Counted from the first letter of the stretch, positions 1-8,584 are shown. The stretch is 40,000 nucleotides of DNA from Candidatus Uabimicrobium amorphum (GCF_009002475.1 NZ_AP019860.1:7769547-7809546), one strand, 5' to 3'. Translations and numbers: made by a program. Notes: generated by a model not told the origin, from the sequence alone.

Positions 1-747
1 CAGCTCAGGCTTGGTAACTCCAATATCAAGTAACAGTTTTAAAGATGCAGATATTTCAAAATTTAATTCTTCTTGACCTATTTCGGCAAGGCGTCGATGG
101 TAGTATCCGTGTCCTCCTACCTCAACACCATCCTTATGCAAGCTAGAAATATCTTCTCGACTGAGATATAAATTCTGTGGTAAATCTATAGGAATCTGAC
201 TATCAAGTACTTGTTTCAAGTTTTGTAGTAGGATAATTTGCTCTTCTGCTGTCGCCATGTGCAATTTTTCTTTAAATTCTCCTTTAATCCACCATTGAAT
301 GTCTGTGTCTATTGCTGGTACTTGCATATCGACGTCAAGGAACTTTAAATGGATAGGGGAACGATTATTAGCGTAATGCAATATCATGTAGTAATGGTCT
401 ACGTATACAGGAAAATCAGCTTCTGCCGTATGTCCTGCTATTGGAAATATACAAATGGGAATTTGGAGATTTTTAGATAATGGCCAAACGACATCTTTAA
501 TCTCTTTGTAGCCATCATCAAATGTTAGCACGCAATATTTACCCTCCTCCTTTTGTTTTGATAGCTCAACAGCTTTTGTTAGCGAAGTAAAGGTATAACC
601 TTCTTTTATCAACCAATTTAGCTGTCTTTCAAAAACTTGAGGTTCAACGGCTGTCCCCCTCGCGAAATAGCATTTATTGTGTTTTGTTTTTTCACAGATT
701 CTGTGATACATTAAGATGGCTATATTTGGCACTTTTTCTCCATTCAC
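1..747 (-). CDS. Polysaccharide deacetylase (NodB/CE4-like), C-terminus cut by window edge
   Basis: Absent from the ORF track because the frame runs off the window start. My own reverse-strand translation gives VNGEKVPNIAILMYHRICEKTKHNKCYFARGTAVEPQVFERQLNWLIKEGYTFTSL...KYCVLTFDDGYKEIKDVVWPL...HGYYHRRL. The ILMYHRI and TFDDGY motifs are typical of NodB-homology deacetylases. Start is ambiguous: GTG 745-747 or ATG 709-711. It lies 8 nt downstream of the stop of the preceding ORF. Confidence 0.6.
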   Translation of the reverse strand, partial: MNGEKVPNIAILMYHRICEKTKHNKCYFARGTAVEPQVFERQLNWLIKEGYTFTSLTKAVELSKQKEEGKYCVLTFDDGYKEIKDVVWPLSKNLQIPICIFPIAGHTAEADFPVYVDHYYMILHYANNRSPIHLKFLDVDMQVPAIDTDIQWWIKGEFKEKLHMATAEEQIILLQNLKQVLDSQIPIDLPQNLYLSREDISSLHKDGVEVGGHGYYHRRLAEIGQEELNFEISASLKLLLDIGVTKPEL

Positions 748-755
748 AAATAAGA

Positions 756-1796
756 TTATGGACTTTCTATAATTGAAAAAATTTTACTATGTCTCTCTTC
801 TGATAGGTCAGCGAAGCCTATAAATTCATCATTTACAATGTCCCAACAGATAATACCCGTTTTTGTTTTACTCCATGGAGATACTTGCCAATCATATTGT
901 GGTTTTCGCCGTATTTCAGTTATGCCTACAAATAAATAGTTATCTTGGATCATAAGACCACGGCACCAACCATGATATGAAGTTTTTTCAAAAATATTTG
1001 TAAAGTACATCACATCATCTGTGACCGCGTTATTTTCTATTCTATAAGCTAAAACTCTCCCATCAACGCAGGTAATCCAGAATTTATCATTATAAATAAA
1101 TCCATCATGTGGTGGGGCAGGAGTGGTTATCATTTTGCTGAAGTCCAATATATTATAAATGCCACAAGCCGATAAACTAGTTACAAGAACTTGAGTTGGC
1201 AATATAGAGACATGGTTAATGTGAACGAAATCTCTAACTGGCTTTTGGCAAAAATTCTCCTTGTCACTTTGGTAGTAGTCTTTAGTAGGAGGAGCATCTA
1301 CTATGGGAGTATCTTGTTTTGTCCATCCTCTTTTTAAGAGTTTTGGCCAATCTTGGCGGGCAGGTGTTATGCCATGTAGCCTTTCTTTATTAAGCCATGA
1401 TGGTTGAAAGCAGTGGTTTCCTACAAAGTTTCCAGGTAAATCAAAGATATCAATACTCTCAACGCCTGTATTTACAACAAATATTTTTCCTTGGTTTACA
1501 GTTATATGATGCAAGTCATTCATACATGGTTGATGTAAAACTCCAGAGAGATCCCAGTGAGGTGGAGAAAAGCGAAATACTGCGCAAAAACCACATACTA
1601 GTAAGTCTGATTGTCCAGGTGTGCCGACCCAGGTGGCACCAGTAAAACCTTTACGAGAGACTAACAAATCTTCAGGTGGTGTAAATCGTATAATTTTTTC
1701 CACGTTGCTTCCGAAAACATCCACCTCATATACAAAACCTTCTCCTGACTCATCAAAGTATCCACCAGTCACCCATATTCTAGATTCTTTGCCCAT
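756..1796 (-). CDS. Conserved hypothetical protein, beta-propeller-like; function unknown
   Basis: 346-aa ORF packed between operon neighbours. Repeated strand-turn segments (KIFVVNTGVESIDIFD, DKFWITCVDGRVLAYRI, NYLFVGITE) suggest a propeller or lactonase-like fold. I suspect a DUF4915/TIGR03032-type family but cannot verify it. Confidence 0.5.
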   Translation of the reverse strand: MGKESRIWVTGGYFDESGEGFVYEVDVFGSNVEKIIRFTPPEDLLVSRKGFTGATWVGTPGQSDLLVCGFCAVFRFSPPHWDLSGVLHQPCMNDLHHITVNQGKIFVVNTGVESIDIFDLPGNFVGNHCFQPSWLNKERLHGITPARQDWPKLLKRGWTKQDTPIVDAPPTKDYYQSDKENFCQKPVRDFVHINHVSILPTQVLVTSLSACGIYNILDFSKMITTPAPPHDGFIYNDKFWITCVDGRVLAYRIENNAVTDDVMYFTNIFEKTSYHGWCRGLMIQDNYLFVGITEIRRKPQYDWQVSPWSKTKTGIICWDIVNDEFIGFADLSEERHSKIFSIIESP

Positions 1797-1832
1797 TTTG
1801 TATTCCTGAAAATTCTATCACTTGGTAGATGT

Positions 1833-2525
1833 TTAAGAAAATTTACTGACCTGGTTTTCTTCAAAAAGAACTCGAACATCGAATTGAAAATGTTTTTTTA
1901 TTATGTCAGAGGCTTTTTCTCTATCGATATTTGTAATGTCTTGTGGCTTATCACATTCACAAAAAAAGAGTAACGTATCATCACGCAAAAAAAGAAATTT
2001 ATCATCTACTACCTGCGAAAATCGCAATCCTGTACTAAAAGGATACTCAACACTTCCATCAAATCTGTTTTTGATATCATCCATTATCTGTTGTTCGTTT
2101 TTTGATTCAAACGGAATTTCTGTTGATAGACGCTCCTCTCCTCTTCTAGTTTGGTAAACTTTCAAAGAGTATGGTTTAATTTCTGATCTATAGGTAATTC
2201 CGTAGCAAGTGTATCTTACTTCATAATGCTTAGGAAACAACTTAATCGATGGCCAACCATTGCCTACATCAGCAAAATAAGTTTGCCCTTCAATGTTAAC
2301 TGCCACTAAGCGATGAATATTTTGGTTGTTTATCAAAGAAGAATGCAGTTTTGCCTCAATCCCTAAACTTTTTAATGTGTTAAGAAAGCTTAATGTTTTA
2401 TCTGAGCAAGTACCACCATAGATTAGTGTTTTTGGTGTTGTTTTTGATAATAGATATAGGTTATGGAAAGGCTCTGTTTTAAATTTGTTTAACATTAAGC
2501 TTTCCACGTAATTTATACTTGTCAT
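1833..2525 (-). CDS. Arylamine N-acetyltransferase (NAT)-like acyl/acetyl-transferase
   Basis: Cys-His-Asp triad contexts match the NAT fold: IYGGTC(40)SD, H(71)RLVAV, YFAD(86)VGNGWP. The His-to-Asp spacing is 15 residues, as in NATs. At 230 aa it is shorter than typical NATs. It overlaps the upstream gene's stop by 4 nt. Confidence 0.55.
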   Translation of the reverse strand: MTSINYVESLMLNKFKTEPFHNLYLLSKTTPKTLIYGGTCSDKTLSFLNTLKSLGIEAKLHSSLINNQNIHRLVAVNIEGQTYFADVGNGWPSIKLFPKHYEVRYTCYGITYRSEIKPYSLKVYQTRRGEERLSTEIPFESKNEQQIMDDIKNRFDGSVEYPFSTGLRFSQVVDDKFLFLRDDTLLFFCECDKPQDITNIDREKASDIIKKHFQFDVRVLFEENQVSKFS

Positions 2526-3970
2526 TTGTGTGTCCTACCACGAGATGCTATTGCATTGTTGAAAACAGGGTAAGAGTGGAAATAAATTGCATCTGAACCT
2601 ATATCAAAAAACCTTTGCCAGATTTCTTTAAGTACCTGCTTCTCTGTATCACTCTCTTTGGTCAGATGGCAAACTGTCAGAGCTCGTATTCCACTGCCAA
2701 CATCAAATGATATTTTTTTGCGACGAGTGATCCTCTTTGGCAGATCAGATTCAAAAGTTTGTCTCAGTATAAACTTGTTTTCCATCGTTCCATTTTCTAT
2801 ATGAAAAAAATCATCATATTTTAAGCTAGAAGCGAAATCATGTATTTTTTTGTCTAAGAATGGGCATCTATTTTCTATAGAATGTGCCATACAACATTGA
2901 TCTATACGACGTAACTCAGTAAAGCACATATCATTAATTAATTGCTGCCGAATATTGATCCAATCATCATCCTTTTTGAACATATGATACCCACAGAAAA
3001 GTTCATCAGCTCCCTCTCCAGACAAAACAACTTTTAGTTGGTCTTTATGGGCAGATTCAGCTAATAAATACGTACAAATACCATTACTTATGATAGATGG
3101 GTTATAGCTTTCGGTGGTGTAGACCACTTTGCAAATCAATTCTCTTAGCGTGTTCTTATGGGGAGGATCGATATATTTGACCTGAATGCCTAAATATTTT
3201 TGTAGCTCTACAATATAACTATAATCAATGGAGTTTTCTTTTGCTAATGCATAGTATATTACATCTTTCCGATGCTTTGAAACTATAGAAGCTACAATCG
3301 AACTATCAAGCCCACCACTTAGAAAGACTCCAAAAGGATCTGCTGGCAAACGTTTTATTACCGCATTTTGTACAAGGTTTTTTAGAGAAGTGGCTTTGTC
3401 TAATACATTGGTTTTATGGTTTACTTCCTGATAAACTGCCCCTGTAGAAAGGTCTATCCGACTTACTCCTTTAGGTAACATCTCAAAGCTATCCACGTTT
3501 GGTATAGCTTTCAATTCACTGGTCACGAAAATTTCAGTGCCTGATCTACCTAAAAATAAAGGTTTTTTACCGATGTAGTCTCGTATACAAAATAGTTTGT
3601 GGTCTTTTCGATTGTATATCAAGCCGGAGTAAAAGCCATCTAAAACAGAAATGATTTCTACTCCAAGTTTATCGAACAAAGGTAAAATAACATTTGTATC
3701 GCATGCTCCTTTAATATCTATTTCATATTCCTCTCTTAAAGACATATGGTTGTATATTTCGCCATTAACAACAGCTATATGATCTTTGTAGTAATATGGC
3801 TGACTCCCTAGAGTACTTTTATCATTGATAGCCAGGCGATTAAAAGCTATAGCCAAATTTTCTTGATGAAAAAATTTTGTGTCGTCAGGTCCGCGGTGCT
3901 TAATCTTATGTGTGCTTTCTGATAAACGAGAGTCTGCATGTGGACCGAAGTATAAAACAATTCCGCACAT
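2522..3970 (-). CDS. Asparagine synthetase B-like glutamine-dependent amidotransferase
   Basis: MCGIV N-terminal nucleophile Cys of class II amidotransferases, HRGPDD, PP-loop FLSGGLDSS, SGEGADELFCGY. AAGGAG lies 8 nt upstream of the ATG at 3968-3970, so I trim 12 codons from the track ORF (2522..4006). Confidence 0.85.
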   Translation of the reverse strand: MCGIVLYFGPHADSRLSESTHKIKHRGPDDTKFFHQENLAIAFNRLAINDKSTLGSQPYYYKDHIAVVNGEIYNHMSLREEYEIDIKGACDTNVILPLFDKLGVEIISVLDGFYSGLIYNRKDHKLFCIRDYIGKKPLFLGRSGTEIFVTSELKAIPNVDSFEMLPKGVSRIDLSTGAVYQEVNHKTNVLDKATSLKNLVQNAVIKRLPADPFGVFLSGGLDSSIVASIVSKHRKDVIYYALAKENSIDYSYIVELQKYLGIQVKYIDPPHKNTLRELICKVVYTTESYNPSIISNGICTYLLAESAHKDQLKVVLSGEGADELFCGYHMFKKDDDWINIRQQLINDMCFTELRRIDQCCMAHSIENRCPFLDKKIHDFASSLKYDDFFHIENGTMENKFILRQTFESDLPKRITRRKKISFDVGSGIRALTVCHLTKESDTEKQVLKEIWQRFFDIGSDAIYFHSYPVFNNAIASRGRTHK

Positions 3971-3974
3971 GGAA

Positions 3975-4391
3975 TTAACTCCTTTCCACAAGGTATGCAT
4001 TAGCACACCATTCTAAAAACATTGCGAGCGCATATATACAAGGTTCCGTATATTGGGAATTAATCCATTTGTTAAACTCTCTGTGATCATGTACACCACA
4101 ATTACCATACTCTTTTATAGTCCATAGATGTGCCATGATTACTTTTGGAATGGTCGACTTTCTTTCGATAATTTTTAATTGGGCATTCAACTTATAATGT
4201 AAAATCTCGTCTTTATTTAACAGTCCTTCATAAATACAAATTTCTCCGCACAAACGTTCAAGGAGTTTTCGGCAAAGAGTAAGGCTATAGTCTGGTTCAG
4301 AATCTTTATGGATTAAAATTTTATAAACATCGTTTTGTAACCACAGAGGTAAAGAATCAAGAGTTACACTTTTGAAAATGTTGTAAATCAT
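3975..4391 (-). CDS. DUF4145-like small helical protein
   Basis: 138-aa ORF. LCRKLLERLCGEI and WTIKEYGNCGVHD resemble the R-x-x-LE and GN-x-x-x-H signatures of DUF4145. ATGA start/stop overlap with the upstream gene at 4388-4391. Confidence 0.45.
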   Translation of the reverse strand: MIYNIFKSVTLDSLPLWLQNDVYKILIHKDSEPDYSLTLCRKLLERLCGEICIYEGLLNKDEILHYKLNAQLKIIERKSTIPKVIMAHLWTIKEYGNCGVHDHREFNKWINSQYTEPCIYALAMFLEWCANAYLVERS

Positions 4392-5590
4392 ATCTTTTCT
4401 CCTTGCTGAAGATTACTACGAACTTCCATCAGAATTTCGCCCAGCATATTCTTGCCTAACCCGTCACCGCCATCTCCCCAATAACTATCATTCTCTGTGT
4501 GTTCGATGATATCTGCTTTACCTGTTGCGATTAGTTTGGCTTTTAGATCTGGATGCTGAGTAAATTTAGCAAAAATGGCTTCGCGCATAACATCATTTTT
4601 TACATTTTCCCAGTCATCTCTTTTCGGATTGTTTTTCTTGCGACCCATTTTTGATGCTTTTACTGGGGATGGAGCCATACGCAACTCCTCTTCGTAAGGA
4701 GTTCCTGCATATTTTTGTGCTTGGTAGTAATGCTCAACTGTCATCCATATTTTGTTTTTGAGATAAACAGGGTGTTTAGAAAAATTAGAGAAGCATCCAT
4801 AAGGCTGTTCTATCTGATAGAATAGTATTCTGCTGGAATGTCTTTCCTTTGGATAAAAATTTTTGCGGATATTGAAACTATTAGCGCGGCTTATACCATC
4901 CAAAAAAAATGTGTTTATGCCCTTTTCTTCAGCAATATTAATCGCGGAACTCAGACTTAGTATAAAATCCTTAGAAGTAAACCCCCTAAGATCATTTTTT
5001 GGCTTGTATCTGGGGTTGTATTTACACAATAAATTCCAAAATTTGCACAGTACGTCGAAGTCAGCATTCAAATTATGTGCAAATTCAAAAAAATCATTTA
5101 GGAAAGTTATTTGCATAGCAGAAGCAATGTTATATACATACATACCTAGCTCTGCTGTTTCAAAAGAAGTTTTCAAAAAGAAATGTTTCAAATCTTTACT
5201 CAAAAGGTTCGTAACTTCTTTTATAGAGTTGCATTCACCCCCAATGAGATAGGTACGGTGTTGATTCTCTGTCTCACAGTATCTAAACAATACAACAATT
5301 TGTTTTTTGTATTTTTCTGCAAAGTAGCGTGCAGTTCCTGGTGGAAGTATAGTCTGAATGATGTTAATTCTTGCTTGTGACGTTTTTATTATGGATTCAA
5401 TAGTAGAAGTGTTTATTTCTCCACCTTCCATTTCGCCAGCAGAAACACATATAAAACAAAAATGTGTTTTGAGCGCCGCATCCATGTTTTGAGAGTATTT
5501 AACGATATTTGAATCGTAAATAATTGCAGAAGGAAACATTTCATGAATAGCTTTTCCTCTGCCATCATATCCAATAATTGAGATACTCAT
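4388..5590 (-). CDS. Two-domain protein: degenerate UDP-sugar dehydrogenase-like N-terminus fused to a NADAR (YbiA/COG3236/DUF1768) N-glycosidase domain
   Basis: aa ~254-400 are NADAR: FYQIEQPYGCFSNFSKHPV, WMTVEHYYQAQKY, DSYWGDGGDGLGKNMLGEILMEVR. aa 1-240 resemble UDP-glucose/GDP-mannose dehydrogenase: ETAELGMYVYNIASAMQITFLNDFFEFAHNLNADFDVL matches the central-domain helix. The glycine loop is degenerate (IIGYDGRGKA) and there is no Cys where the catalytic Cys is expected (RGFTSKD). AGGAGG SD precedes the ATG at 5590. Confidence 0.75.
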   Translation of the reverse strand: MSISIIGYDGRGKAIHEMFPSAIIYDSNIVKYSQNMDAALKTHFCFICVSAGEMEGGEINTSTIESIIKTSQARINIIQTILPPGTARYFAEKYKKQIVVLFRYCETENQHRTYLIGGECNSIKEVTNLLSKDLKHFFLKTSFETAELGMYVYNIASAMQITFLNDFFEFAHNLNADFDVLCKFWNLLCKYNPRYKPKNDLRGFTSKDFILSLSSAINIAEEKGINTFFLDGISRANSFNIRKNFYPKERHSSRILFYQIEQPYGCFSNFSKHPVYLKNKIWMTVEHYYQAQKYAGTPYEEELRMAPSPVKASKMGRKKNNPKRDDWENVKNDVMREAIFAKFTQHPDLKAKLIATGKADIIEHTENDSYWGDGGDGLGKNMLGEILMEVRSNLQQGEKI

Positions 5591-5647
5591 TTTGGCCTCC
5601 TGATTGTGTTGCTAAAATGCTAGCGTATTAGAAAATACGCCAGGCCT

Positions 5648-8446
5648 TTAATCTAAGCAAAAAAAGTGGTTAAGTTTGTCTCTTTTGGTGTACAGATAAT
5701 CGCGATTTTCTTTACGGATTTTAGGTTGAGTATTTACAGGCTCAACTACCAGACCCGCTTCTCTAAGACAAGATATCTTTCGAGGGTTATTGGTTATGAG
5801 TCTGACACTCTTGATGTTTAAATCCAAAAGAATATCTACAACTTTCTGATAGTCTCTAACATCCTGTTTTAGCTGAAGTTTTTCAAAGGCTTCAACTGTG
5901 TCCATTTTTTGCTTTTGCATTAAAGATATTGCTTTGATTTTGTTAGAAAGTCCCTGTCCTCTCCCCTCCTGATGGAGGTGAAAAATAAGTCCTTCCTGTT
6001 GAGAAGCAATGCGTTGCATTGCCTCTTCAAGTTGATCAGCGCAATCACAATCATTTGATTTAAATAGTTCAGAGGCCATGCAAGAGGAATGTATTCGTAC
6101 TAGAGGTATACTACTAAACTGATGTACATCTCCATAACTAACAAGGCGAATCTCTTCATCTCCGGTGTCATACATACGAAATTCTCCATAGTTAGTAGGG
6201 AGATAACACCAGTTGTTTAAATATAGGTCTCTTTTAGGAGTATAGTTTTCTATTTGAGGTTTTAATGAATCTATAAATTTTTTTATTTCATCTTTTGATA
6301 GGGTTTTTACTCTTGATTCTATTGCTTCAAACGTAGTTTCGCTGTACCACTGCGATAACTGTTCTACAAACTCTTCAAGCTCACCTGTTTGGTCGTAGTT
6401 CTTTATATACTTTTGTATACCGCGAGCTCGAAAATAGTTTATCTTTAAAGATAATAGGCGCTTTTTTTGGTATTCCTGCACTTTATCACAGATAACATTC
6501 TTTGTTTCTTCATGAAATTCAAAGTTGTGTACCGCATGTCCTTTTAAAATCTCTTTTAAGGCGGCGTAAAGAGAAGATCCTTGTATTTCCCCAACAACTT
6601 TTTGAATATTAAGCTGTGGCTTTGCTTCAATCTTTCTTTTATGGATAACAGGAAAATGAACATGCTTAATTGTGAGGCCATGGTAGTAACGATTGATAAC
6701 TGCCCAAATCATATCTGAGCGTCTTACTTCTTTTCCAGATACTTCGGCAACTGCATTCGGTGCTTGTAAAGCCAAGGGGTTCAAAATGAAAGTATTACCG
6801 CCTCTATTCACAGACTCTTTTGCTTCGTTTATTGGATCAGTAGGTAAGTCTACCAATATCGGCCTTGTAAGCGGTTCGCCAGCTAAAAGATAAGGAGCAC
6901 GTTCTAGTAAGCGCGTTCTTGCTTCTTTGACCGTTTCTCCCTCGTAGATAGGCGTTAACCAGTACGGTGTTTCCAGATGTCCTGTATGTAGTCGCGATAA
7001 ATCGTAGTAATAATCTGGATATACCAGGCGAGTTTGTCTATTTTCATTACTACGATCAGGTAAAACATCATCAGGTTTTAAATTATCTAGCCATTGTAAA
7101 TTATGGATTAAATCTACAAGTTGTATTCGAGATCCGTTCAATGGAGGATTAGGAGATGCATATTCAAAAGAGCCTAACAAAACATCGACTTTCCATCTGC
7201 GAAAACTTGGCAGCCAGGGAAGATATAGTCTTGCGCGGAAATCAAGCCTCATATCATCATCAAGTATCCAACCAATAGAATTTTGTTTTTTGTCCATAAA
7301 GCGATGAATATATCGCTGTAAAATAGTCCTTGCTTTTCCAATACCTAGCAATGATTTTTCTCTTTGAAAACCTTTGCCAAATATTCCACGTGAATTATCT
7401 CTGATTTGTTGACTAAGGCTGATAAAATGGCAATTTATCCCATCCATTTTTGTAAGTTCCAGTAAGTTTTGTCCATCTCCACCATTTTCCATCACAAGTA
7501 CATCAAGGTCTAACAAGAAAGATTCTTCTCTCAAACAACGCAAATCCTCTAGTAAAGGCTTTAACTGTTGTGCATTGTTACTTATAACAGCAACAATTAA
7601 ATGGAATGGCTCTGGATCTCTGGGAAAATGTATCTTGGCAGTAGGGATTGATGCTATCTGTTTTGGAACAAAACCAAAAAGAGTTTTACTCCTTTCCAGA
7701 AACATTTGCTTTTGCTCATTACTCATTTGGCTTTGATATTTTTGCCAAAATGCCTGGAGCCCTTCTAGCTTTGAAGGACTTCCATATGAAGAAAGGCGTA
7801 ATCTATCAGAACAACAATAGTGATGGACGGTATGTCTCTCCGTTGATACTGTTTTCACACCCATTTGTGCAAGGCGGATATATAGATCTCTATCAGTACA
7901 ACTTGCTAAATTTTCATCGAAGAGCCCTGCTTCAAGGATTGCAGACAAGCGTACAAATGTATTTGATCCTTGAATTCCAGGGTTTGTGACTAATAGTTCA
8001 TCAATATTTAAAACATTGGGAATGCTATCATTGTAGGTTTTACTACTATATCGAGTAATCCCTCCTATTACTACATCGTAGTTTGGAGTGTGTTTTAGAC
8101 ATGTTTCTAAATGGCATGGATGCCATTCATCATCATCATCGAGGATAGCAATAAATGTATTTTCGGGATTTTTAAAATTATCTGTTACAAATACCAGACC
8201 AGTATTCCACGCTCCCGAAGCGCCTTTAGCTCTTTTGTTTTTAAGAAAAATAAATTTTACGCCTGGTGGTATTCTGTCTGTTAGAATCTCTTCCAGTTTG
8301 GAATTATTCTTTGAATCATCAATGACAACGATATAATCAGGTAATCGGTTTTGATTTAGTACTGATGGTAACGAACGATCAAGCAATAAGTCATCCCGAT
8401 CACAAGTTGCAATTAAAACAACAACTTGGGTTGAAGTTGAATTCAT
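5648..8446 (-). CDS. Tri-domain protein: family-2 glycosyltransferase + second DxD (GT-A-like) region + C-terminal GTP cyclohydrolase II (RibA-like) domain
   Basis: aa 8-230 are GT2: VVVLIATCDRDD, SVLNQ, IVVIDDS, AILDDDDEW. aa ~285-470 form a second DxD region: LIVAVISNN, GWILDDDMRLD. aa ~744-932 (nt ~5651-6217) are GCH II: LPTNYGEFRMY, VRIHSSCMASELFKSNDCDCADQL (Zn Cys triad), HQEGRGQGLSNKIKA, DTVEAF, VRLITNNPRK. Confidence 0.8.
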   Translation of the reverse strand: MNSTSTQVVVLIATCDRDDLLLDRSLPSVLNQNRLPDYIVVIDDSKNNSKLEEILTDRIPPGVKFIFLKNKRAKGASGAWNTGLVFVTDNFKNPENTFIAILDDDDEWHPCHLETCLKHTPNYDVVIGGITRYSSKTYNDSIPNVLNIDELLVTNPGIQGSNTFVRLSAILEAGLFDENLASCTDRDLYIRLAQMGVKTVSTERHTVHHYCCSDRLRLSSYGSPSKLEGLQAFWQKYQSQMSNEQKQMFLERSKTLFGFVPKQIASIPTAKIHFPRDPEPFHLIVAVISNNAQQLKPLLEDLRCLREESFLLDLDVLVMENGGDGQNLLELTKMDGINCHFISLSQQIRDNSRGIFGKGFQREKSLLGIGKARTILQRYIHRFMDKKQNSIGWILDDDMRLDFRARLYLPWLPSFRRWKVDVLLGSFEYASPNPPLNGSRIQLVDLIHNLQWLDNLKPDDVLPDRSNENRQTRLVYPDYYYDLSRLHTGHLETPYWLTPIYEGETVKEARTRLLERAPYLLAGEPLTRPILVDLPTDPINEAKESVNRGGNTFILNPLALQAPNAVAEVSGKEVRRSDMIWAVINRYYHGLTIKHVHFPVIHKRKIEAKPQLNIQKVVGEIQGSSLYAALKEILKGHAVHNFEFHEETKNVICDKVQEYQKKRLLSLKINYFRARGIQKYIKNYDQTGELEEFVEQLSQWYSETTFEAIESRVKTLSKDEIKKFIDSLKPQIENYTPKRDLYLNNWCYLPTNYGEFRMYDTGDEEIRLVSYGDVHQFSSIPLVRIHSSCMASELFKSNDCDCADQLEEAMQRIASQQEGLIFHLHQEGRGQGLSNKIKAISLMQKQKMDTVEAFEKLQLKQDVRDYQKVVDILLDLNIKSVRLITNNPRKISCLREAGLVVEPVNTQPKIRKENRDYLYTKRDKLNHFFCLD

Positions 8447-8531
8447 GTGCCCCTCCAGAAATCAATTTTGAACCATGGTAACCCGAATTGCTAACTGGAT
8501 TAGCAACTTAACACGGACCAAGTTTCAGGGG
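8447..8531 (-). promoter_or_regulatory. Structured 5' leader, copy A (riboswitch-like, class not recognised), immediately upstream of the GT2/GCH-II gene
   Basis: RNA sense is the minus strand. Perfect 7-bp hairpin UUGCUAA-UCCAG-UUAGCAA (8488-8506). Loop UCCAG is complementary to CUGGA (8454-8458), which overlaps the SD GGAGG (8452-8456). Upstream CCCCUGAAA (8523-8531) can pair with UUUC..GGGG around the SD. It shares the flanks UUGGUCCGUG and UUCGG with copy B. Confidence 0.45.
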
Positions 8532-8560
8532 TTATATTTTATGGAATTGTAAAGTGAGGA

Positions 8561-8584
8561 TTAGTTTTGCGATTTGCTTTTCAT
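8561..8584 (-). CDS. Possible 7-codon leader mini-ORF (MKSKSQN*) behind copy B
   Basis: ATG at 8582-8584 lies 7 nt after GGAGG. The sequence catgggtgaccctccaga mirrors the real gene start catgtgcccctccaga. It may be only a relic of the duplication. Confidence 0.2.
   Translation of the reverse strand: MKSKSQN

Noticed and set aside
3971-4006. 12-codon N-terminal extension of the AsnB-like ORF (MLMHTLWKGVNS before MCGI). Similar extensions occur at 24774-24818 (DpdG-position ORF) and 39486-39521.
   Set aside because: Class II amidotransferases need Cys directly after the initiator Met, and AAGGAG precedes the internal ATG. At 24773 an ATGA overlap supports the internal start, and at 39485 a GGAGGA SD does the same.
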